Below, piece after piece: positions 1 through 8,548 of a stretch of DNA of 64,000 nt (position 1 is the first letter of the stretch; the number at the start of each line of letters is the position of its first letter). The notes beneath the pieces are model-generated. The model ran no database searches. It saw only the letters and a list, made by a program, of their open reading frames with translations, and had not been told where the DNA came from. Source of the stretch: Nitrospirota bacterium (lineage in GTDB: Bacteria; Nitrospirota; UBA9217); NCBI GenBank assembly GCA_046704425.1, contig JBJKRX010000018.1, forward strand, positions 20,385 through 84,384, in the 5' to 3' direction. The translations under genes were made by a program, and so were the position numbers.

Positions 1-1
1 G

Positions 2-193
2 CTGGACCAGATCATGCAGGGCGCACGGACCGTTGCCGAGGGGGTCCGGACGGCAAAGGCCGCGCGCGACCTGGCAGGGAAGTACGGCGTCGAGATGCCG
101 ATCGCGGACGAAGTTTGTCGGATACTGTACGAAGGCAAGGACCCGCGACAAGCCGTACAGGACTTGATGCAGCGGGAACTGAAGGAAGAATGA
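2..193 (+). CDS. gpsA: NAD(P)H-dependent glycerol-3-phosphate dehydrogenase, C-terminal fragment (5' end outside window)
   Basis: The frame opening at base 2 translates to ...TAKAARDLAGKYGVEMPIADEVCRILYEGKDPRQAVQDLMQRELKEE and stops at 191-193. This resembles the GpsA C-terminus. It is absent from the ORF track because it lacks a start codon and is under 60 aa. Confidence 0.5.
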   Translation: MDQIMQGARTVAEGVRTAKAARDLAGKYGVEMPIADEVCRILYEGKDPRQAVQDLMQRELKEE

Positions 194-215
194 ACCGATC
201 CCGGAAGAACCACCG

Positions 216-1019
216 ATGAATACCGAGGACATCAGCCGGCTGCTTCGCGGCGTCCGTGCCGGTACTACGTCCGTAGCAACGGCGCTCGAGCGCCTGAAGC
301 ACCTCCCCTTCGAGGACGTGGCCTACGCTCACATCGACCACCACCGCCACCTGCGCCACGGCATGCCCGAGGTCATCTACTGCGAAGGGAAGACGCTCGC
401 CCAGGTCGCAGGCATCGCGAAGCGCATGCTCGCCACCGGAAGCGACGTCCTCGCCACGCGCGCGAACGAAGCTGCCTACCGGGCGATCCGGAAGCTCGAC
501 CGCAGGGCCGTCTATCACGAGGCCTCACGTACCGTGGTCGTTCGGCGGACCAGGCACAAGCCGACCACCGGGATCGTGACGATCCTGACCGCGGGCACGT
601 CCGACATCCCGGTGGCAGAGGAGGCCGCGGTCACGGCAGACCTGCTGGGCAGCATGGTCCGGACCGTGTATGATGTGGGCGTGGCCGGCATCCATCGGAT
701 CCTGAGCAAACGGGACGTCTTGGATGCGGCGCGCGTGATCGTGGTGGTCGCGGGCATGGACGGAGCGCTTCCGTCGGTCGTAGGTGGCCTGGTGGACAAG
801 CCCGTGATCGCCGTTCCCACGAGCGTGGGCTACGGCGCGGGGTTCCGGGGCCTTGCGCCGCTCCTGACCATGCTGAACTCCTGCGCTGCCGGGATCGCCG
901 TGATGAACATCGATAACGGATTCGGCGCGGGAGCGCTCGCGCACCGGATCAACCTCTTGGGAGAAAAGATAGCGCCGTCCCCCAAGCGTCCTGCGCGACC
1001 GCCGCGGAGCGAAAGATAA
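216..1019 (+). CDS. larB: LarB-like PurE-family carboxylase (nickel-pincer cofactor biosynthesis, pyridinium-3,5-biscarboxylic acid mononucleotide synthase)
   Basis: The 267-aa ORF has an N-terminal extension followed by a PurE/AIR-carboxylase-like core (GIVTILTAGTSDIPVAEEA...VVVAGMDGALPSVVGG). It lies immediately upstream of the larC-like gene. Confidence 0.7.
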   Translation: MNTEDISRLLRGVRAGTTSVATALERLKHLPFEDVAYAHIDHHRHLRHGMPEVIYCEGKTLAQVAGIAKRMLATGSDVLATRANEAAYRAIRKLDRRAVYHEASRTVVVRRTRHKPTTGIVTILTAGTSDIPVAEEAAVTADLLGSMVRTVYDVGVAGIHRILSKRDVLDAARVIVVVAGMDGALPSVVGGLVDKPVIAVPTSVGYGAGFRGLAPLLTMLNSCAAGIAVMNIDNGFGAGALAHRINLLGEKIAPSPKRPARPPRSER

Positions 1020-1058
1020 AGCCGCCTCTTGGTCGGCACGACCACCATCGCATACGCC

Positions 1059-2255
1059 ATGACCCTCGCATACTTCGACTGTTTTTCCGGCATATCGGGC
1101 GACATGACCCTGGGGGCACTCGTGGACGCCGGCATCTCCCTCGATGCCCTGCGGCTGGAGCTTGTGAAGCTCGGCCTCGGCGGCTACCGGATCGAGGCAG
1201 CAAAGGTCATGCGTGCAGGGATCGCCGCGACCCAGGTGCGGGTCCTGCTTGACGAAGCGAAGCAGCCTGCGCGCCGTTTAGAGGACATCAAGGCCCTCAT
1301 CGCTGCCTCCTCGCTCGATCCCGCCCTGCGCGAAAAAGGCATCGCCCTGTTCGAGCGCCTGGCGCGCGTTGAAGCGGAGGTCCACGGCACGACGCCTGAG
1401 GCGGTCCACTTTCACGAGACCGGCGCCGTGGACGCGATCGTGGACATCATGGGAACGCTCATCGGCCTGGGCCTCTTGGGGGTCACCTGCATCGCCTGTT
1501 CCGCGATCAACCTCGGGTCCGGCACCGTGGAGTCCGCGCACGGGACCCTGCCGGTACCCGCGCCTGCAACCGTTGCCCTGCTTCGGGACATCCCCTCCTA
1601 CGGCTCTGCGGTCCCGCAGGAGCTGACCACACCCACGGGCGCGCTCCTCATGAGCGGACTTGCCTCGTCCTTCGGTCCCCTGCCTGCCCTGCGCATGGCC
1701 CGCATCGGATACGGCGCAGGAGGAAGGGACATTGCGCATCGGCCGAATGTGCTTCGGCTGATCCTTGGCGAGCCGGAGACCGCCTATGCAGAAGACCAAA
1801 CAACGGTGATCGAGACGAACATCGACGATCTGAACCCCCAGGTGTACGATTATCTCCTGGAGCGGCTTATACAGGAGGGGGCGCAGGACGCCTTTCTCAC
1901 CCCCATCATCATGAAGAAAGGGCGCCCCGCAGTACTCCTCTCGGTGCTCGCGGCCCCTGCCGCTGTCGATCCGCTGATCGCTACGATCTTCCGGGAAACA
2001 AGCAGCATCGGTGTCCGTATCAACGCCTGGGACCGGAAAAAGCTCAGCCGCGAGATCGTGCTCGTCGATACGCCCTATGGTCCGATCAGAGTCAAGGTGA
2101 GCAACAGGGACGGCGAGAAGCTCACGGCCACGCCGGAGTATGAGGACTGCCGCAGGGTCGCCCAGGAGCAAGGGATCCCGCTCCGCCGCGTCATGGAAGT
2201 AGCGCGGAGCCGTTGGATGCAGCAGGAAGCACAAAAATCGGAAGAGGAGCCTTGA
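1059..2255 (+). CDS. larC: LarC-like nickel insertion protein (DUF111/UPF0272 family)
   Basis: The N-terminus reads MTLAYFDCFSGISGDMTLGALVDAG, which matches the LarC/DUF111 signature. The ATG at 1059 was chosen over the TTG at 1029 because it agrees with family N-termini. Confidence 0.75.
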   Translation: MTLAYFDCFSGISGDMTLGALVDAGISLDALRLELVKLGLGGYRIEAAKVMRAGIAATQVRVLLDEAKQPARRLEDIKALIAASSLDPALREKGIALFERLARVEAEVHGTTPEAVHFHETGAVDAIVDIMGTLIGLGLLGVTCIACSAINLGSGTVESAHGTLPVPAPATVALLRDIPSYGSAVPQELTTPTGALLMSGLASSFGPLPALRMARIGYGAGGRDIAHRPNVLRLILGEPETAYAEDQTTVIETNIDDLNPQVYDYLLERLIQEGAQDAFLTPIIMKKGRPAVLLSVLAAPAAVDPLIATIFRETSSIGVRINAWDRKKLSREIVLVDTPYGPIRVKVSNRDGEKLTATPEYEDCRRVAQEQGIPLRRVMEVARSRWMQQEAQKSEEEP

Positions 2256-2260
2256 AAACC

Positions 2261-3985
2261 ATGAGGACCCTGCGCGTTGCCGTGGCCCAGATCAACCCCG
2301 TGGTCGGCGACCTGGCCGGGAACCGGGACAAGATCATCTCGTGCATCAACCGCGCCCGGCGGATCTCGGCAGACATCGTCGTATTTCCCGAGCTCGCCTT
2401 GACCGGCTATCCTCCCGAGGACCTGGTGTTCAAACCCCAGTTCGTCAAGGACAACCTGCGAACGCTCCGGCAGATCGTGCGTGTCGTGCGCGGTATCACG
2501 GCGATCGTCGGCTTCGTGGACAAGAAGGATTGCCTCTACGACGCGGCAGCGGTCATCAGCAACGGCAGGCTCGTGTATACCTATTACAAGATGCTGTTGC
2601 CGAACTATGGGGTCTTCGACGAGTACCGGTATTTCACGCCCGGAGACCGATTCCCCGTCGTCACCGTCAAAGGCGTCAATATGGGAGTGAACATCTGCGA
2701 GGATATCTGGTTCAGCGACGGCCCGGCGCGCACCCAGGCCCGCGCCGGTGCCGAGGTCATCGTCGCGCTCAACGCATCCCCGTACCACAAGGGCAAGGGC
2801 AAGGAGCGTCGGCGCATGCTCGCCGAGCGCGCCCGGCAGAACCGCGTTGCCGTGGTCTATGCCAACACCGTGGGCGGCCAGGACGAATTGATCTTCGACG
2901 GGCACAGCATGGTCCTGGCGACCGACGGCAGCCTGCTCGCATCGGGGAAACAATTCGAGGAAGACTTTGTCGTCTGCGATCTCCGGTTCCCCGGCCCCGC
3001 CCGGAGCGGCGCGGACACGGCGTTCGGCCGGATCCGAAACGAAGAGCGGGAACGGATCGATGCGATCGTGATCTCCGACAGACCGGCGACGAAGAAGCGG
3101 CCGCTTCCTCGGCAGCGTAAGTCGCGGCCCCTCTCGCCCTGCGAGGAGGTCTATCGCGCCCTGGTGCTCGGGACGAGGGACTACGTCAAAAAGAACGGGT
3201 TTAAGGCCGCGGTCGTGGGGCTCTCGGGCGGCGTGGACTCATCGCTCGTGGCGGCCGTGGCCGTGGCGGCGATCGGGAAGGAGAACGTGCACGGCGTCTT
3301 CATGCCCTCCCCCTTCAGTTCCGCGGAGAGCCGCGAGGACGCAACCGATCTGGCCCGCCGGCTCGACATCGATTTTCAAACCATCCCGATCCACCAGGCC
3401 TTCGATGCCTACCTCAACTCCCTGCGCGGCCCCTTCGCGCATACGCGGACCGGTGTGACCGAGGAGAATCTGCAGGCGCGCGTCCGAGGAAACCTCCTGA
3501 TGGCCCTCTCGAACAAGTTCGGCTGGCTCGTCCTGACCACGGGCAACAAGAGCGAGATGTCCACGGGATACGCGACGCTCTACGGCGACATGGCCGGGGG
3601 CTTCGCCGTGATCAAAGACGTGCCCAAGACGCTAGTCTACGAAGTCTGCCGCTGCATCAACCGGCTGGCGAGCAGGGAGGTCATCCCGCGCCGCGTTCTG
3701 GTCAAGGCGCCGACAGCCGAACTCCGACCGGGCCAGAAGGACAGCGACTCCCTCCCGGTCTATCCGGTGCTCGACCCGATCCTGAAGGCCTATGTGGAAG
3801 ACGACAAGGCATTCGACGAGATGCTCCGGATGGGTTTCCGTCGGAAAGACGTGGAGCGCGTTATCCGGCTGGTCGATGCGAGCGAGTATAAGCGGCGCCA
3901 GGCCCCACCCGGCCTCAAGATCACGCCGCGCAGCCTCGGAAAGGACCGCCGCTTTCCGATCACGAACCGCTACCGAAGCTACTGA
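2261..3985 (+). CDS. nadE: Glutamine-dependent NAD+ synthetase (N-terminal CN-hydrolase domain plus C-terminal NAD synthetase domain)
   Basis: The N-terminal nitrilase-like domain reads MRTLRVAVAQINPVVGDLAGN...FPELALTGYPPEDL. The C-terminal PP-loop reads VVGLSGGVDSSLVA...LVLTTGNKSEMSTGYATLYGD. Confidence 0.85.
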   Translation: MRTLRVAVAQINPVVGDLAGNRDKIISCINRARRISADIVVFPELALTGYPPEDLVFKPQFVKDNLRTLRQIVRVVRGITAIVGFVDKKDCLYDAAAVISNGRLVYTYYKMLLPNYGVFDEYRYFTPGDRFPVVTVKGVNMGVNICEDIWFSDGPARTQARAGAEVIVALNASPYHKGKGKERRRMLAERARQNRVAVVYANTVGGQDELIFDGHSMVLATDGSLLASGKQFEEDFVVCDLRFPGPARSGADTAFGRIRNEERERIDAIVISDRPATKKRPLPRQRKSRPLSPCEEVYRALVLGTRDYVKKNGFKAAVVGLSGGVDSSLVAAVAVAAIGKENVHGVFMPSPFSSAESREDATDLARRLDIDFQTIPIHQAFDAYLNSLRGPFAHTRTGVTEENLQARVRGNLLMALSNKFGWLVLTTGNKSEMSTGYATLYGDMAGGFAVIKDVPKTLVYEVCRCINRLASREVIPRRVLVKAPTAELRPGQKDSDSLPVYPVLDPILKAYVEDDKAFDEMLRMGFRRKDVERVIRLVDASEYKRRQAPPGLKITPRSLGKDRRFPITNRYRSY

Positions 3986-4821
3986 GAACGTCGAGGGGCG
4001 GATCGGACGCGTAGGCATCCCCGGCCCGTTGCCCGCCCCCTGCGTGCGATCCGGGCAGGAGTGTCGTCGGGCTGCGGGGGCCGCACCAGCAGGTGGCGCA
4101 GATCAACGGCGGAGAGCGCGGTGAGGAGTCCTGTCTTGGTGCCGGGCCGCTCACGCTCCAGTTCTGCGAGGAGCTGCTTGACCCGATTGCGCTTCAAGTC
4201 CGGATCGTGGCAGGCCGTGCAGGCGCAGCAGACAACGGGGAAGCTCGCAGCCGACGCGAAAGCGATGATGGCCTCTTCGGGGACGTAAACGAGCGGCCGA
4301 ATGACCGTATTCCATCCGTCGTCCGCACGCAGCAGGGGGGCCAAGGCCTTGATCCTGCCGTTATAGAGCAGGTTGAGAAGCAGCCTCTCGATGAAATCGT
4401 CGCGGTGGTGGCCCAGGGCGATCTTCGTGCAACCCCATTCGCGCGCCCGGCTGTACAGCACGCCGCGCCGGATCCGGGAGCAGAGGACACAGGGCGTTTC
4501 GTCCGGGGCGAGCCGCTCCAGCAAGAGCTCATGGATCGGCGCTGCGGCTATGCGATGTTCGATGCCGCGTGACCGCACCGCATCCGCGATCGTGCCTGCA
4601 TCGAATGCAGGAAACCCGGGGTGGATTGTTACGGCAACAAGCGAGAACGGGACCGGCGCCCGTTTCCGCAGGCTGTCCAGGATATGCAGAAGGGTCCAGC
4701 TGTCCTTGCCGCCCGACAGGGCGACCAGGATGCGGTCATTCCCCTCGATGAGACCAAAATCGCCAATGGCCCGGCCGACAAGCCTGCGGATAATGCGCTC
4801 GTGTTGCAGGAGAGGATTCAT
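3979..4821 (-). CDS. ttcA: TtcA-family PP-loop ATPase (tRNA 2-thiocytidine biosynthesis-like)
   Basis: It carries the SGGKDS PP-loop (ILVALSGGKDSWTLL). It also has a CxxC pair (PCVLCSR) and the sequence CCACTACH. The start was placed at MNPLLQHERIIRRL inside the longer track ORF, and the gene overlaps the nadE end convergently by 7 nt. Confidence 0.7.
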   Translation of the reverse strand: MNPLLQHERIIRRLVGRAIGDFGLIEGNDRILVALSGGKDSWTLLHILDSLRKRAPVPFSLVAVTIHPGFPAFDAGTIADAVRSRGIEHRIAAAPIHELLLERLAPDETPCVLCSRIRRGVLYSRAREWGCTKIALGHHRDDFIERLLLNLLYNGRIKALAPLLRADDGWNTVIRPLVYVPEEAIIAFASAASFPVVCCACTACHDPDLKRNRVKQLLAELERERPGTKTGLLTALSAVDLRHLLVRPPQPDDTPARIARRGRATGRGCLRVRSAPRRSQ

Positions 4822-4865
4822 GGCATGATTGCTCGAGGCCGGCGGCGCAGGAACGATGCTTGAGC

Positions 4866-4898
4866 GGAAAAGGGCTTCCGGATGTCTTTTCCGGAAGC
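4866..4898 (-). terminator. Rho-independent terminator downstream of the lysine-rich protein gene
   Basis: On the minus strand the hairpin is CTTCCGGAaaagacaTCCGGAAG, followed by CCCTTTTCC. Confidence 0.5.
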
Positions 4899-4924
4899 CC
4901 TCTGCAGCGTACACCGACGAGTCT

Positions 4925-5320
4925 TCAGCGCCTTCTTCTGGCGGCCTTCTTTCCTTTCTTAGCCGCTTTCTTCGTCGTCGTCTTTTTCTTGGCGACCTTT
5001 TTCTTCGTCGCCTTCTTCTTCGTTGTCTTTTTCTTTGCAGCCTTCTTCTTCGTTACCTTCTTCGCCGCCTTTCTCTTGGTTACCTTTTTCTTCGCAGCTT
5101 TCTTCTTCGTTGCCTTCTTCTTTGCCGCTTTCTTCTTGGTCGCCTTCTTCGCGGCGTTCTTTTTCACTGCCGGAGCGGCTGGCCGCTGCGGTGCGCCCAC
5201 CTTGGCCGCCTCCAAGCCGCAGCAATACACCGGCTCCTCGTACATATCGCCGGTCCGCGTCACATCGATCTTTCTGCCGCACACCCTGCACTCATATTGC
5301 ACCATCTTTTCCATAGCCAT
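4925..5320 (-). CDS. Small protein: FmdB-like zinc-ribbon N-terminus fused to histone-H1/AlgP-like lysine-alanine repeat tail
   Basis: The 131-aa product begins MAMEKMVQYECRVCGRKIDV...YCCG and continues into about 85 aa of KKAAKKKATKKK repeats. It has a strong RBS (AAAGGAGGG, 8 nt from the ATG), a promoter upstream and a rho-independent terminator downstream. Confidence 0.6.
   Translation of the reverse strand: MAMEKMVQYECRVCGRKIDVTRTGDMYEEPVYCCGLEAAKVGAPQRPAAPAVKKNAAKKATKKKAAKKKATKKKAAKKKVTKRKAAKKVTKKKAAKKKTTKKKATKKKVAKKKTTTKKAAKKGKKAARRRR
4930..5170 (-). repeat. Coding tandem repeat (GCC/TTC/TTT-rich on plus strand) encoding the KKAAKK lysine-rich tail
   Basis: Imperfect 30-36 nt periodic repeats are visible in the DNA (ttcttcgt(t/c)gcc ttcttc...). 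They match the reiterated AAKKKxTKKK peptide units. Confidence 0.6.
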
Positions 5321-5450
5321 ACGCAGTACCCTCCTTTTAAGCTGATAACCCGTTGCACAACGGGCGGTAGAGCGTTCCCGGCCGGCCTGCGGCCGGTATG
5401 CCGTGGCAGTGGAGCATCCTCTTGCATGAACGTGCGTTTCTTTTTGATTA

Positions 5451-5478
5451 CTCTAGAAGCATATTGATCGGATGTCAA
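5451..5478 (-). promoter_or_regulatory. Sigma70-like promoter for the lysine-rich protein gene (TTGACA-16-TAGAGT), about 110-nt leader with an inverted repeat CCGTTG-N2-CAACGG
   Basis: It was read from the minus strand. The leader inverted repeat lies at about 5352-5365. Confidence 0.35.
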
Positions 5479-5512
5479 GAGAATTCTGATTTGCGACCGC
5501 CCTGCCGCGGTC

Positions 5513-5704
5513 TCAACACCAGATGCGGGGCTGTCGTCGCTGCGCACCAGTTGCCGCGGAGCGCCGCTGATCCGCCCGGCGCAGCTCCCAGATCTTCTCC
5601 ATGCCCTCGATGGCAGACGCGAGCGCTTCGTCCGTTTTGGCACCATCCCATTCCCGGACCTCCGCCAGGCGATACAGCTCCATGATCACGTCTTCAAGGG
5701 TCAT
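5513..5704 (-). CDS. Hypothetical small protein (63 aa)
   Basis: The product begins MTLEDVIMELYRLAEVREWDGAKTDEALASAIEGMEKIWELRR... and has an AGGAGA RBS. It sits downstream of the nrdJ terminator with no obvious own promoter, and the tail is Arg/Gln-rich, so the call is uncertain. Confidence 0.25.
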   Translation of the reverse strand: MTLEDVIMELYRLAEVREWDGAKTDEALASAIEGMEKIWELRRADQRRSAATGAQRRQPRIWC

Positions 5705-5755
5705 TGACCGTCTCCTTTTGCCCGCCGCCGATCGGCGCGGGCCCCGAGCGTGCAT

Positions 5756-5786
5756 ACAAAAAACCGGGAGAAAGGTCTCCCGGTTG
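5756..5786 (-). terminator. Rho-independent terminator after nrdJ
   Basis: On the minus strand the hairpin is CCGGGAGAccttTCTCCCGG, followed by TTTTTTG. Confidence 0.6.
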
Positions 5787-5855
5787 TCCGCTTCCTGTCC
5801 GCAGAACACTGTCCCTGTGCCGTCCGACAATCGGTTCCACACTGCCTCCGCACCG

Positions 5856-8213
5856 CTAGCCGCACTTCGAGAACCCACACCCCCGGCAGAAGGCGCATCC
5901 CTCGCCGAACTCAAGCAGGCCGCCGCAGTCCGGGCACTCCGGGCAGAGCCCGAGATGATTCTGCCTGTTGCCGCCCTTCGCGCAGTCGGACGACACGTAC
6001 GAAACCGTCGGTTCCAGGGTCGCTGCCGGTTTGTGCATCGAGACATGCCGGTGCTCCCCGGCCTCTTTCTGGTACCGTTCGAGTGCGCGTCCGATGGCGT
6101 CCGGACAGGACAGGATCGATCCTCCCTCGCCCCAGGCCGGCGAGGGGCAGCGAATGCCCTTTACCTGTTTGATGATGGATTCGATCGAGACGCCGGACCG
6201 CAACGCGAGCGACACCATGCGGGAGACGGCCTCGGACTGGCTCGCCGCGCAGCCGCCGGATTTTCCCATGGTTGAAAAGACCTCGCAAATCCCCTCGTCG
6301 TCATGGTTGATCGTAATATAGAGGTTTCCGCAGCCGGTCGGGATCTTCTGGGTCACGCCGTGGGTCAGGACCGGCCGATGGCGGGGTTTCTTCTCCTCGG
6401 CAAGCTCGGGCGAGGCCGAGGCAACCGTGACCGACTGCGCTGCGGCGCGACGCGCCTTTTCCGTGGCGCCCGTCGAAAGCACTTGCTCGTCGCGCGATCC
6501 GTCCCGGTAGATGGTGACGCCCTTGCAGCCCGTCTGGTAGGCGAGGAGATAGACGTCTTCCACATCCTTCCGGGTAGCCGCGTGGGGGAAGTTCACGGTC
6601 TTGGAGACCGCGTTATCCGTGTACTTCTGGAAGGCCGCCTGCATCTGGATGTGCCACTCCGGCGTAATGTCGTGGGCCGTTACAAACACGCTCTGAACGT
6701 CCTCGGGCACCGACGCGAGGTTCGTGCACCCGCCGTGTTCGGCGATCTCCTTCATCAGGGTTTCGGAGGAGAACCCGCGCGCCTTCGCCACGCGGTCGAA
6801 CACGGGGTTTACTTCGACGAGTTCTGCACCGTCCAGCACCTTCCGGACGAACGTGAGGGCGAAGAGCGGCTCGATGCCGCTGGAGCAACCGGCGATGATG
6901 GACAGCGTGCCGGTTGGCGCGATGGTCGTGACCGTCGCATTGCGGACCGGCGGCATACCCGGCTTATCGTAGATGCTGCCCGGGAAGTTCGGGAAGGCAC
7001 CGCGCTCCACGGCCAGCTCCCTGCTCATGGCGCGGCCCTCGTCGGTAATGAGCTGCATGATCCGTTCGCCGGTGCGCACCGCCTCGTCGGAGTTATAGGG
7101 GATGCCCATCTCCAGGAGCATATCGGCGAAACCCATGACCCCCAGTCCGATCTTCCGATTCGCCCGCGTCATCGTGGCGATCGCTTCGAGGGGATAGCGG
7201 TTCACGTCGATCACGTTGTCCAGGAAGTGGACCGCGCTCCGAACGGTGCTGCGCAGCTTGGCGAAGTCGATCTCCCTGGCGGGCGTCAGCATCCGGGCAA
7301 GGTTGATCGAGCCCAGGTTGCAGGACTCGTACGGGAGGAGCGGCTGCTCGCCGCAGGGATTGGTGGACTCGACCCTGCCGATGTGCGGCGTGGGATTGTA
7401 CTGGTTGATGCGATCGAGATAGATGATGCCCGGATCACCGTTCTTCCAGGCCATGTTCACGATGGTATCGAAGACCTTGCGCGCCTTGAGCCGTTTGACC
7501 ACAGCCCGGTCGCGCGGGGAGACCAGGTCGTACTCGCCGTCCCGCGCCACCGCGTCCATGAACGCGTCGGTAATGGCGACGGAGATATTGAAGTTGTTCA
7601 GGCGGTCGTTCTGCTGCTTGCAGGTGATGAAGTCGAGGATATCCGGGTGGTCCACCTGGAGGATGCCCATGTTCGCCCCCCGCCGCGTGCCGCCCTGCTT
7701 CACCGTCTCGGTGGCCGCGTCGAAAACGGTCATGAACGAGATAGGGCCCGAAGAGACGCCCTTCGTGGACTTGACCACGTCGTTCTTCGGACGAATCCGC
7801 GAGAAGGAAAATCCCGTGCCGCCGCCGGACTTGTGGATGAGCGCCGCATCCTTCACGGATCCGAAGATCTCGTCCATGGAGTCACCCACGGGCAGCACAA
7901 AGCAGGCCGAAAGCTGTCCCAGCTCGCGTCCCGCATTCATAAGCGTGGGGCTGTTCGGCAGGAACTCGAGGGACGTCATGAGGCCGTAGAACTCGGTGGC
8001 CGTGCGTTCCACGTCCGCGTCGGTTGCGCCGTAGGCGCGGTCCGCATCGGCAATGGTCCGCGCGACGCGCGTGAACATATCCACCGCCGTTTCGACGACT
8101 GTCCCGTCCTCATTCCGTTTGAGGTAGCGTTTTTCGAGGACCTTGAGACTGTTCTCGGAAAGGTCGAGCCCCTTGCCCGATACGGTTGTCGAAACGGAAG
8201 CTTCCCTCTTCAT
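5856..8213 (-). CDS. nrdJ: Adenosylcobalamin-dependent ribonucleoside-diphosphate reductase (class II RNR) with C-terminal zinc-finger tail
   Basis: The 785-aa ORF shows class II RNR motifs (NPCGEQPLLPYESCNLGSINL, TIAPTGTLS) and a C-terminal cysteine cluster (CPECPDCGG...CAFCRGCG). The RBS is GGAGG. Confidence 0.9.
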   Translation of the reverse strand: MKREASVSTTVSGKGLDLSENSLKVLEKRYLKRNEDGTVVETAVDMFTRVARTIADADRAYGATDADVERTATEFYGLMTSLEFLPNSPTLMNAGRELGQLSACFVLPVGDSMDEIFGSVKDAALIHKSGGGTGFSFSRIRPKNDVVKSTKGVSSGPISFMTVFDAATETVKQGGTRRGANMGILQVDHPDILDFITCKQQNDRLNNFNISVAITDAFMDAVARDGEYDLVSPRDRAVVKRLKARKVFDTIVNMAWKNGDPGIIYLDRINQYNPTPHIGRVESTNPCGEQPLLPYESCNLGSINLARMLTPAREIDFAKLRSTVRSAVHFLDNVIDVNRYPLEAIATMTRANRKIGLGVMGFADMLLEMGIPYNSDEAVRTGERIMQLITDEGRAMSRELAVERGAFPNFPGSIYDKPGMPPVRNATVTTIAPTGTLSIIAGCSSGIEPLFALTFVRKVLDGAELVEVNPVFDRVAKARGFSSETLMKEIAEHGGCTNLASVPEDVQSVFVTAHDITPEWHIQMQAAFQKYTDNAVSKTVNFPHAATRKDVEDVYLLAYQTGCKGVTIYRDGSRDEQVLSTGATEKARRAAAQSVTVASASPELAEEKKPRHRPVLTHGVTQKIPTGCGNLYITINHDDEGICEVFSTMGKSGGCAASQSEAVSRMVSLALRSGVSIESIIKQVKGIRCPSPAWGEGGSILSCPDAIGRALERYQKEAGEHRHVSMHKPAATLEPTVSYVSSDCAKGGNRQNHLGLCPECPDCGGLLEFGEGCAFCRGCGFSKCG

Positions 8214-8357
8214 GTCACTCCCTCCTCCGGTGCAATATGGAAACCCTTCGAGTCCGCGCCGGCCTCACAGCCGGCATACCATGCCTGCGATGGTGATAAC
8301 AGCGGCCCCTGTCCTCCACACGGGGAGGGAGGATACCTTATTTAGTGGAACAGGGTA

Positions 8358-8387
8358 ATTATAGACACAATATCTTGTGCTTGTCAA
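8358..8387 (-). promoter_or_regulatory. nrdJ promoter (TTGACA-18-TATAAT) with NrdR-box-like palindrome in the spacer (plus-strand ACACAATATCTTGTGC at about 8365-8380)
   Basis: The -10 is a perfect TATAAT and the -35 is TTGACA. The 16-bp palindrome matches the NrdR box consensus acaCwAtATaTwGtgt at 14 of 16 positions. The leader is about 150 nt. Confidence 0.55.
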
Positions 8388-8548
8388 ACTATTTTTAAAA
8401 AAAGTATCGCGAAGAGAAAACTACAGAATAGGCTTATTTCATGCGGCGTTTCTGAGGGATACCCGCGTTCCGGATGCGCCAGATAAGGCGAAAATAAAAC
8501 AATGCTTGAAAACCGCAAGCCAGGCGCGCTCTTCCCGCCTCCCCTGTG

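Noticed and set aside
12-518. 168-aa minus-strand ORF at window start
   Set aside because: It runs antisense to the gpsA C-terminal fragment and the larB start. It has no motifs.
6303-8345. 680-aa plus-strand ORF
   Set aside because: It runs antisense to the well-supported nrdJ. Its Arg/Gly/Asp/His-rich composition is typical of high-GC antisense frames.
8214-8357. Possible cobalamin riboswitch in the nrdJ leader
   Set aside because: The leader is only about 150 nt. It lacks the B12-box (GCCACTG-like) and conserved core elements. NrdR control is better supported.
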